64,000 bases of DNA, taken from positions 186,001-250,000 of the forward strand of contig JAPMXV010000043.1 in assembly GCA_026936335.1 (NCBI GenBank), in the 5' to 3' direction. The notes under the pieces were generated by a model. It saw nothing but the letters and a program-made list of their open reading frames with translations, made no database searches and was not told the origin of the DNA. Below, one piece after another: positions 48,101 through 59,183 of this stretch. The position numbers were made by a program, and so were the translations under genes. How positions within the stretch are numbered: position 1 is the stretch's first letter; each line of letters starts with the position of its first letter. The DNA comes from Mantamonas sphyraenae STR306. Its lineage: Eukaryota > Protista > CRuMs.

Positions 48101-50692
48101 TGTTTGAAGCTTGCAATCTCCTCCTGGGTGACAGGCATAAAGATGAGAGCATCTTCATCGGGCAGGTCTTCTGTGCTGCCCTCCACCTTGAACTTGGTGT
48201 CACTGACGCTGGAGCCAGCAGCGCCAACCATGGCGGTGGTGTCTGTGTGCTCGCGCTCCTCCTGCAGCTGGTCGTTTGTTGCATGTACGTAGGCGCCGGT
48301 TTCGACGTGTTGCAGCCGAAAGTAGGTGTCGTACGTGACCACGCGCGCATTGCTGGCCGGGACAATGTGAAACAGCGTACTGGGATTGCCCAACTCTTCC
48401 ACAAGGCCCAGAGGATACTGGTCGACAGAAGCCGCTGCACTTTGACTCGTGGCGGATGATTTGCTCTCGGCTCCAGTCGTCTCGCCCGTGGCGGCGACTG
48501 TTGTGGCCGTCGAAGGCAGTGGTTCCGAAACGTCTTCGAGGGTCCCTGCAAGTTCCTTGGTCTGCTCGATGAGAGTCACCGTGCTCCCAGCGCGCGTCTG
48601 TTTGGCTTTGGCCTTTCCTTTGCCCGGAGAAGTGCCACTGGAGCCCGATGATGACGAGGAATCAGAGGCAGATGCGGTGGCCTTGCCCTCCTCGGCATCA
48701 ATGGACACGTCGTCGTCGGCGTCTTGGCTGATCCATGCGTCAATGGTGGCACGGATTGTGTTGACCCAGTCATCGGCAACAGAGGCAGTGGTTGCGGTGA
48801 CGTTGTAGTTTGCGCTGTGGTTGTGGATGCGAAAGTTGTCGTTGCCCGCTGTGTACTCGATTTCGGTCCCCTCTTCAAAGTAGATCTCGTCCTGGAACTC
48901 GTAGCCCGAGTCTGTTTCGCGCGTGTAGATGAGCATGTCGTTGAAGAGGAAAAAGTGCCGCTGTTGGTACGCCCACAGCGTGTTTGCGCGTTTTACACGG
49001 AGGGTGCCTTCGCGCACCAGGCTGCGGTGCGGCTCCACAATGGGTGTTTTGGAACCCTTGAGTTTGCTGTTGAGCTTGCGCAGTTCCTTAACCCGCTTGT
49101 TCTCTGCACGCTTGCGTTCCTTGCGCTCGCGCTCCTCGCGATCGTTGTCGACCTCGGCCACCACCGCTTCGGCAATTACCTCGTCGCTGACACCGTACAC
49201 GCTTCCTGTGCGAAGAGAAGCGGTGGTGCCTGCTCGTGCACGCTGGGAGGCGACGGATGAGCGTGAGCGACGGCGTTCGATGCGAGCAAGCTCTTCCTGC
49301 GTGAAGAGGCACAGATACATGCCAGAGTCGACGTGGCGCAGGCGATAGGCCTGGTTGTTGAAGAGGAAGCCGCCTTCGGTGGGGTCCTGCTTCTCGATGT
49401 AGAACAGAGCCATGGCCTTGCGGTTCTTTGTCTTTACGCGGTTGCGGGTGACGCGAAAGTACAGTTGCGCAGAGTCGTTGACCACGTCAAAGGTGAGGAA
49501 GCCTTCGCTCTCCTTGTGAAAGAGACGTATGATGTCGCCGCCCTTGACAAAGTTGTTAAAGTCTTCGCCCAGGTGGTAGGAGAAGGAGAGGACCTTGAAG
49601 GAGGAGTAGGCGTTTGCGACGTTGACCTCGTTCTGGCCGTCATCAAAGGTACGTGACGACACATGCAGGTACTGGTTCCACTTGCGCGACAAGAGCACAA
49701 TCTGGTCGAGGTAACGCACGTGCTCGCCATCTGCACGCAGCTTGTAGCGCGGCATGACGTAGAACCACGAGCCCTCGTCTCCGTCAGACAGTACGCAGCG
49801 CATGCAGTCTCGTTGGCTGTACGTTTGCGCACAGGCGTGATATGAAGTGGAGAACGATTGTGCGGGGGCCGTGTGGCGTGTGAGCATGTGGCGCAAGGAG
49901 AGAGAGTGCGAGATCGTGGTGGGGCCGGGCCGGCTTACAGAGTGGCAGGCTCGCTGACGTTGCCCGTGAGGAACATGCCCGATTGGCGATGGACAAGCTG
50001 GACGACCTGGCCATAGAGGACAGGGCGGCCGATGACGCGCTCGACCTCGGCATCGTTTGCCTGGCGTTCACGCAAAGACGCGTCCTGTGCATGTTTTTTG
50101 GGGAGCACGGTGTCAGCGCTCGGACAGCGGGGCGAGGGCTTCGCTCATGGGCACGCGTACCATCATTTTGAGCAGGTCCTCGTTGTCTTCGTCCACCATG
50201 GCGAGCTGCTGCTGCGTCAGGCCGAGGTTGGTGACCATCTTTGCCAGGCGGCCTTTGGCCGTGTACTGCAAGGCAGGCTTGATGACAAAGAGACAGTCTG
50301 TGGACAGGAGATGCAGCGGTGGAAAAGACGCAGCGGCAGGCGGGTGCGAGGGTGTCAGTGCACGTGGGCGTGCGAAAGCCAGTCTGGCGGGACCGGCTCA
50401 CCTTCAAACTCGACCGGCGGAAGGCCTGCGGTCTCTCGCTTGAAATGGAGTTCGTCTGTGGCAAATCTGGGGGAGACGAGGACGACAGGGAATTGGATGA
50501 AGGGTCAGCGCTGGGTCTGTGTCTGGGCACAAGGCGGCAGAGAGAGTTGTCAACACACCCGTCGGCAGCGACAAAGCCACCTCCCTCGGCAGACGAGTAC
50601 AGGGACAGCGTGTCCCCATACTTCATGAGGTCGGTGATGTCCTCTTCCTGCTTGCCCAGCTCGTAGGGGTCCACATGGCCAATGTGCGACAT
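42187..50692 (-). CDS. ITPR: Inositol 1,4,5-trisphosphate receptor-type Ca2+ release channel with inserted PH domain
   Basis: Exons 50692-50559, 50466-50402, 50297-50161, 50084-49939 and 49816-42187 give about 2,703 aa. Motifs LMKYGD, DCLFVIKP..Y, VLYGQVVQLVH, SWFYVMPRYK, GGDIIRLFHKESEGFLT, RQKLFRE, LRFVQLLCEGHNLDMQNYLRNQ, TLTEFCQGPC.ENQ, pore GLRNGGGIAD, NILFGIIIDTFAELR, CFVC..H....HNMWNY. Confidence 0.96.
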
Positions 50693-50746
50693 GTCTGGCT
50701 CAGGGTCAAGATCGTGTGTGTCAACCGGGGCCTGGCCACTGTGGGT

Positions 50747-51942
50747 TCATTTCTTGCTTCGTGAGCGCTTGTGGTCCGGCTGCGCTTGTTCAACATCCAT
50801 GCCAACGTCGTCATGGTTGCCATCGTCTCCTTCATCGCTGTCGCTCTCGTCGTCGTTCCGTGAGCGCTTCCCTCCTGCGCTTGCCTGTCCTGTGAGCTGC
50901 CAGCGCTGGTGCTGAGGAAGGTCATCCATGAGCTCAACCGACGCAACGCTCTTGTACACGTTGCGGGTGGCGGCATGGATGAGGATGGCGCGAGCACTGC
51001 CTGCAACAAGCTTCCGCGCGTGGTCGTACTTGAAGCCAAACAGAGTGGCCAGATTGATGATGTCGTGGGGACTGCGCACCTCGAGGACATCGGTGGCACC
51101 GCTACTGAACACAAGATTGCGAGACTTTGTGACGCGGATGAGCGAGGTGCAATTGCGGACCATCTGCGTCAACTTGTGCGCGCCTTGAAGGAAGCCGCGC
51201 ACGAGGATCTCAAAGTGGATGCCACGCTCCATGGCCGCCGACACAGGTGCATACTTGGCAAAGAAGCGGGGCACGTCGTCGAGGTCGAGGCAGATGATGT
51301 CTGTTTCCACTTCGGTGCAGCACATCTGGAACAGCTTCTCGGTGGTGGGACGCACGGCAAGCAGGTCGTATGAGGCATACACCGCGTTGCTTGTGGTCAT
51401 CTTGTACAATAATTCAACCGAGTCCAGCAGCACGTTAGCCTATGAAGCTGTTGGAACCCCTCGCCTGCCTCGCGCCCAACCTGCTGCAAACGCAGTGCCG
51501 TCCGTGCTTGCAATGCGTTGTGAGCAGCAGAGAGGGTGGAAGATGAAGATGAGGATGATGATGAAGACGAGGACGAGGACGATGATGATGATGATGATGA
51601 TGCTGTGTTGCTGCTCTTGGGCTGTGCGAGGTCGAGTTTGATGCCTGTGCTCGCGTGCTGCTCGCCCAGCTTCTCGTTGACATATGTGTTGTAGGCGACG
51701 CCGTCGTAGCCGACTGCACACAAAGCAAACAAGAGACAGAACAGAAAATGAAGAGTGGATTGGAGTGTGTAAGTTGGTGAGCGGCGTCTGTGGAGGTGTG
51801 TGTGTGTGTGGGCGTGCGACGTACGTTCAACGAGCTTGTCGACCATGGCGCGCATTTCTTCGCTCTGCATGTGGCCACGCACGGCGTCGGCGTCAAAGCG
51901 CTCCCCAGGAGTATTCAAGGGGATGTTGAGGTCGAGAAACAT
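50747..51942 (-). CDS. RPP30: RNase P/MRP subunit p30 (Rpp1); apparent frameshift near 51434
   Basis: Motifs MFLDLNIP, LGYDGVAYN, FQQLHRLT|VLLD, SYDLLAVRP, AMERGIHFEI, LVFSSGA..LEVRSPHDIINLATLFG. Intron 51824-51714. Confidence 0.92.
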
Positions 51943-52047
51943 GGACAGAAAAGGACGGTGTCGAGATCAAGGGGACGCAGAGGGTCGTTTTTGTGTTGCC
52001 AAGGAAGGCGGCCGACTGCGTGCGCGCAGCCAACATCGCACGCGTGC

Positions 52048-53253
52048 ATGACAAGCAGCAGAAAGCGGCTGCCGCCGCTCATTCCTCCGTTTCGGTATGC
52101 CATGGTGGAGGACCGCGTGTATCGAGGTGCGTACCCAACGCTGAAGAACCTGCGGTTTCTGCGGCGGCTGGGCCTGCGCACACTTGTTTCACTGGTGCCG
52201 GAAGACCCGACGCCAGACCTGGTGGACTTTTGCGCCGAGGAGGACATCCGACACATTGTGGTGCCTTGGGAAATGTACAAAGGTCAAGTGACGATCTCGA
52301 CCGCGCGTGTGGGCGACATTCTCGAATTGATGATCGACCCGCGGATGCACCCGCTGTACATCCACTGCCTGGACGGATTCAACAACACGGGTCTGGTGGT
52401 GATGTGCCTACGCAAGCTGCAGAATTGGCAGCTGCCCCTCATTTATTCTGAATTCAACCGCTTCCGGCGGTTCAAACACACAGGTGTGGAGGAAGCCGAA
52501 ATCGACTTTGTCGCCGCATTTCTGGGCGAGCTGGAGATGCCAGCCGTCACACCGCCGTGGCTGTTTGGAGGGCGATCGTCCGTGAAGCACCCGACCATTC
52601 GGCTGAATTGGACAAAGACACAACAGAGCAAGGCGAAGAAGCCGCGGAACGAGAGGAGCACGCTGACTCGGCAACGGCTGGAGGTGCGCACCAACTGGCG
52701 AAAGCGAACCACACCGGGCAATCAAGAGCATTCGTTGGACGAGGAGAGTGACGACGATGCCGGTGACGAATTTGCCCTCTCGCCCAAGCGGTTTCCCAGG
52801 CGCTCACTGAGCGGCAAGTCACACGACGCAGACGTGTGGCACACGAATCGCAGACAGCTGTTTGCCGACCTGTGGCCTGAAATGGAGGATGCTCAGGTGA
52901 CCGCTGGCCGTGAGCTGCAGGCCATGCTGGGAGACACGGCGATGCAAGCGGGCACGGCGACGTCGTCTTCCTCGTCGTCCTCCTCCTCTTCCTCCTCATC
53001 CTCCTCATCCTCATCGTCACTCGGAGGCTCCTCCCTTGGTTCTTCGTCTGCAGGCTCGTCCGCTGGATCAAGCAACGATGGAGAGCCGGGATGGCCAGGT
53101 TCACCCAAGAAGAGCAAGCTGCGAAGACGCAGTGGAGAGCACAACTCTCAAATCGACTATGTGTCCGACGTCATGGTTTCAATGTCTCTGGAGGGATTGG
53201 AGGTAAGCAGCAGTGTCAGGTTGACGCCCCGAGCAGCGGTCACTCACACATGA
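52048..53253 (+). CDS. OCA6: Siw14/OCA-family tyrosine-phosphatase-like protein, OCA6-like (catalytic Arg absent)
   Basis: Motifs LIPPFRYAMVEDRVYRGAYPTLKNLRFL, HPLYIHCLDGFNNTG, CLRKLQNW..IYSEFNRF, followed by a Ser-rich tail; 401 aa. Confidence 0.85.
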   Translation: MTSSRKRLPPLIPPFRYAMVEDRVYRGAYPTLKNLRFLRRLGLRTLVSLVPEDPTPDLVDFCAEEDIRHIVVPWEMYKGQVTISTARVGDILELMIDPRMHPLYIHCLDGFNNTGLVVMCLRKLQNWQLPLIYSEFNRFRRFKHTGVEEAEIDFVAAFLGELEMPAVTPPWLFGGRSSVKHPTIRLNWTKTQQSKAKKPRNERSTLTRQRLEVRTNWRKRTTPGNQEHSLDEESDDDAGDEFALSPKRFPRRSLSGKSHDADVWHTNRRQLFADLWPEMEDAQVTAGRELQAMLGDTAMQAGTATSSSSSSSSSSSSSSSSSSSLGGSSLGSSSAGSSAGSSNDGEPGWPGSPKKSKLRRRSGEHNSQIDYVSDVMVSMSLEGLEVSSSVRLTPRAAVTHT

Positions 53254-53409
53254 CGTCACACACCACAAACCACACAGCGTCTTGCGGAAAAGGTGCCCAG
53301 CCGAAGATTCCATCAGCGCGCACGGTCGCTCTGATCTGTGGGCAGGGATGAAGGCAACCAAGCCGAGCTCTGCGCCCGCCGAGAACGCCAACGAAACACG
53401 CGCTCTGGC

Positions 53410-54030
53410 ATGGACAAGACACTGGTGGCACTGCTGGAATCTGTTCCACAAGCGTCATTTGTGGACATGGTGGTCCATTTGCATGCACTGGGCGCCGCAG
53501 ACCAGGAGAGGCTGGAAGTGACGTTTGCGGAGAACGCAGATAGTCCGCTGGGCTTTGTCCCCAGTCCAGAGACGCACGAGGCACTGGTCCAATGCGTAGA
53601 CACAATGGTAGACAACAAAACAATGTACGTATTCGCACACGCGACATGCACGGCGCCTGCACAAGCTTGCAGTCAGGAGGGAGACACAACTACCGATTCC
53701 TGATCGCTCACCTGCCGACCCACTTCGGGGCCCCTCAGCACACGCACAGACCAGCAGGGCATGGAATGGTACCGTCTTGCCAATGTACAGACCAGCAAAG
53801 AGGATCTGGATAGCCTCAAGGCCCAGCTCGAAGTCGTCGTGGCCGAACTGGAGGTGGCCAAGAGCGAACGCGACGAAAAGCAAAAGGAGATCAAGGCTCA
53901 CATCGACAAGTTGCACACGTACAACGAGCTCAAAGACACGGCCGTCATGCTGCTGGGAAAGCTTGCTGATTGCAAGGGCACAACGACGAGTGAGATGTAC
54001 GAGGAGTTTGGGCTGACGTTTGATGATTGA
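53410..54030 (+). CDS. SWI5: Swi5/Sae3 recombination mediator with N-terminal extension
   Basis: Exons 53410-53624 and 53739-54030 (GTACGT..CAG); 168 aa. The C-terminus HIDKLHTYNELKDTAVMLLGKLADCKGTTTSEMYEEFGL is the Swi5 signature. Confidence 0.88.
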
Positions 54031-54058
54031 AAACGCGGGCAACAGCTGAATTCTGAGG

Positions 54059-55475
54059 TTACGGGAAGGCACCGCTCTTGCTCAACACCAGATAGCTCTT
54101 GTCGTGTGCCAAATATCCCTTGATCTTGCCCGACTGGATTAGATTGGCGAGGATGCACTCGAGCTCGTCCATTTCCATTTCCTGGCCAAGTTTGCAGACG
54201 ACAGGCAGCAGGACCTTGAGGCTGATGCGTGTCGAGTCCAGAATGGTGTAAACACTCTTGAAAAGGTTGCGGTATGTGGTCATCTGCAGCTTCTCGAGCG
54301 TCATGAGCACACCGTAACGGCGGAAAACCTCTTCGTTCTGGTCCAGGCAGGCCTCGACGCCCATGACGTCCCCGCTGTGTACGGCCAACGTCAACTCCAC
54401 ATACTCGGACATGCTGTACTTTTCCAGCAGGGCGCGGCTCGGGTACTTGCCCAACAGCATCTTGACGGGCACGAGGTACATGAGAATCATGCGCTTGTTG
54501 TTGACACTTCGTTTGTGGCAGTAGCCCAGCGCAAGGCTGAGGTGCGTGTCGGCGTCCTTCAGGTCGCCCTGCAGCATGTTGTATCGCCCCACGTAGTAGT
54601 GGTACGTGGTGACTTGGGACAGGGGAAACTCTTCCAGGCCCGGGGTACTGCCGTTCTCCACTTGCGAGATAAAAGTCCTGCACAGACGCAGGTTCTTCAT
54701 GCGAAAGTACAGTTTGAACAGGTTGACAATGATAAAAAGCACCGAGTAGCGCCTGGACGAGGAGACCGGGTCTCGCTTGTCTTGGTTGCACTTGCTGAAG
54801 AGCGCTGTGAACACCTCGCCGGCTTTGGCCATGTGCTTTGGCTTTTTGTTTTGTGCCTCGAGCTGCTTATCGGCCTGTTCGGGGGGCATGCGCATGCTGT
54901 GCGTCAGCAGCGGCGGTGGCGGAAAGCATGCGCTCCTTGGGAGCGCGTACCTGGCACGCCGGTAGGACGGGAACATGGCAGGGTGGGCACAGAACACACG
55001 CTAGAATACATACCACTTGTGCGGTCTTGCGCACCTGAATGACAAGCTTCTCCAGAACGGGCTGGGCCCAGTTCGAGTCTTCGCTGCGATAGAGCCGCGC
55101 AAACGCATCGAGCGACTTTTGCAGGCACTCGCTCGCCTCGCCGAACGAGTCGTTGGAAAAGGCCACCACTGTGTACAAATGGTAGGCGGCCACGTCCACC
55201 CATGCCTCGGGAAGCTTCAGCGCGCACAGAGTTTCGATGCTCTGCGACGTACGCGTGTCAGTCGGTGCGTCTCTGCACACCAGAAGGGCAGACGCGGATG
55301 GAAAGGGTGTGCAACAACGTGTACGAGCATGCCTCTATGCAATGCGCCCTACCTTGATTTCGTTGACCCATTGCACCTTCCCCACGGAAGCCAGGTCGTG
55401 CATCTGCTCTGCCACGGCGGCTCCATCTTCACGCTGCACAGCTTTGCTGATGGTTTTCATCCACGTACTGGCCAT
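54059..55475 (-). CDS. PCID2: PCI-domain protein PCID2/Thp1/Csn12 (TREX-2 subunit)
   Basis: Exons 55475-55353, 55241-55014 and 54874-54059; about 388 aa. Motifs LFKLYFRM.NLRLC, QVTTYHYYVGR, NKRMILMYLVPVKMLLG, YRNLFK, ELECILANLI..GKIKGYLAH..LVLSK..AFP. Confidence 0.93.
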
Positions 55476-55676
55476 ATTGACAAACGAGAGGGCGATGGGA
55501 TGGGCTGCAATGCAAGGGGAAAGAGTGCAAGAGAGCGGGGCTGGGTGTCACCGCGCAAGTCCTTGTCATGTCCGCCACCACGGCAACCTCACAAACGCCC
55601 TTCAATGATCCACCCAAGGGCAACGCCGTCCGCCCCAGCAACCAACCATGTGTGATCTGTGATCTGTGTTCCCTTT

Positions 55677-56904
<1,228 letters not shown>

Positions 56905-59120
56905 TCAACTCTTCCAACTGGCCAGCGAAGCCTTCTTCTTCTTGTACAGCACCTTGGCGGTGCGGTCGCCACGACGGTTCGCACGCGAGGCCTTCTTGAG
57001 GAGGAAGCCACTGCTCACGCTGTTGCTGCTGCTGTTGCTGAAGCCATCATCGTCATCAAACGCCAGACCGTCTCGCTTCTCTTCTTCCTGCGCCTTGATC
57101 AGCTCCGAGTCCATCTCCGTGGTCTCGCTCACCCAACGCTGAGCCTGTTCGCGCTGCTCGTTTGTCTGCGCCGAGCGCGCCATCATCTGCGCAATAGCCA
57201 GGTTGTTCATGCGCGAGCCCTCGTAGTCGCCATCCTGCGCCATCTTGGCCGACAGCTGCACACCGTGCAGACCAAGCACCGTCAAGTCCACTTCTGCCTC
57301 GGCCTCCTCGCGCTGGTCGGTGATCGCCAGTGTCTTGGTGATCACACGGACCGCTTTCATGCCGTTGAGGCGTTCGTAGTGGATCTGTGTCTGGAAGATG
57401 GCCTCGGTTGGCCCTTCGTCTTGGTCATCATCTCCACCAGCACGTTCTTTATCCAGAATGTCCTTGATGCTGCAGCCGGTGTTCCATCCCAAAAACTCCT
57501 GCGCGCTCTCCACGGCCTCTTCATCCATGGGGTCGTTCACGCTGACGCTTGTGGTGGATGTGGTGGTGGTTGACAACGAATCGAGAGTGAGCTCACCACT
57601 TCCGGGCTTTGCGGGCGGCGTCACAAAGTCGTACTCAAAGGTGATGTCCGTGCTTGCTGTCACATTGCCAATGTCCCTGTGTGCAATGTTTCCTGTGGCT
57701 CCCGGTTCGTTGCGGAAGGCCATGTGCTCGGACAGCAAAAAGGTGAGGGTCGTCTTGACCGCCACCACGGGCTCCTTGGACAGCGCTGCAAACTGGTCTT
57801 TGAGCGTCAGCGGGTTGGCAATGTCCACGTCGCCCTGCGAGATATCCGTGACAATGCCCACGTGCTCGATGTTGCAGTCTGTGCCTTCGATGCTCACCAA
57901 GGACACAGTTACGCCGTTGTCCTTGGCCAAGTTCCCGATGCGCGTGTACACCTCGGCCACCTCCTCCGGGTTGGCTACATCCTCCATGGCCCCAATGCCA
58001 ACGTTTGCCAGACCGTCCGTGCACAGAACCACGCGGCTGGCCGGCTTCTGCTTGGCAATGCCAACGGCGGCCAACAGAGCAGGGCCCAACGCAGTGGCTC
58101 CCTCCTCCTCGAGCTCGTACAGCTTCTTTGTCAGTGCCATCACTGACTCTTCAATCGGGGTGAGCTGATCGTACGCCTCGCCCACAGCCAGGATCTCGTC
58201 GTAGTTGTTCAGACGGTCGCCGGCAATCACCTTGCGCGCTCCGCTCGACCCATCGCCCAGGATGGTCACCTGGCCGTTGAAAGCAACGAGCACACACTTG
58301 CGTGTCGGGTTTTCTTCCGCCATCTTGATCATCTGCGCCTCTACGGCCGCCTGCATGCACTGCAAACGCGAGATGTACGTCACGTTGCGCTTCTGGCCCG
58401 GCAGACGCTGGCCACGCAGCTCCTGTGCGTTGGGCTTGCTCGCACCCTTCACGTCAACCTTGCCATCGACTTCTGTGGTGACGCACATCGATCCCGAGAT
58501 GTCCAGGACGTACACGACGATGGACTCGTCTGCCTCGCCGCCACTGCTACTGGTCTGACGAGGAGGTTCCAGCATGTAGTCGGTCACCTCCTCTGTTGGT
58601 ACCTCCTCCTCGTCCAGAATGACGTCGTGGTTTGTGGTCTGGCAAAATTTGCATTGCCACGTGTTTGTGTCTCGGTTCAGGGAGCTGTGCACGTTGAAGT
58701 ACGCGCTGCACGTCGAACAGACGGTCGGATCACCTGTCGCCAGCGTCACGTCCTCTGCAAGCGTGCCCAACGAGATGGTAATCACATTTGTGTTGGCTTT
58801 GGGGGCCTGTGTGTGCGCCAGCAAGCAAACGCGAGCGACAACGTGTCAGCACAATTTTGTGTGAATTCGCCGCTTGAATTCTCGCCTTCCGCCGCAACTG
58901 CCGCACAACATACACGACGCCTTCTGCTCAGTTTCGAGCCGCCTCCGACACGCCCACGGCTGCCTCCATTGTTCGACCACATAGAGTACGCCTCGGCGAC
59001 GCCCTGGTTGAGCTCGGACTCGTCAAACTCGTCGTAGTCGTCGTCGCTGTTGTTGCTGCTGACGCTGCTGCTGGGCTTCTTGCTCTTCTTGCGAAATGCC
59101 TTTTTCGATGCAAAGTACAT
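56905..59120 (-). CDS. Sec23/24-type Zn-finger + vWA protein (resembles the non-Ras part of circularly permuted Ras proteins)
   Basis: Exons 59120-58914 and 58806-56905; about 702 aa. Motifs ATGDPTVCSTC...WQCKFCQTTN, MIDAS-type VLDISGSM, GATALGPAL, LCTDGLAN. No GTPase motifs seen. Confidence 0.8.
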
Positions 59121-59183
59121 GGTGGTTCTTTGGGGTTGTGTTAATGTTGTTTTGTTTGGCTTCTCGGACGCAACACGACTGCG

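Noticed and set aside
46099-48459. 786-aa + strand ORF (similarly 14404-15891, 32699-34477, 40291-41541, 42946-44229)
   Set aside because: These lie antisense to well-supported genes, have no motifs, and are expected from GC-rich codon bias.
53750-53790. 19-nt micro-exon plus 22-nt intron in SWI5
   Set aside because: An upstream acceptor at 53738 gives a continuous in-frame exon without an implausibly short intron.
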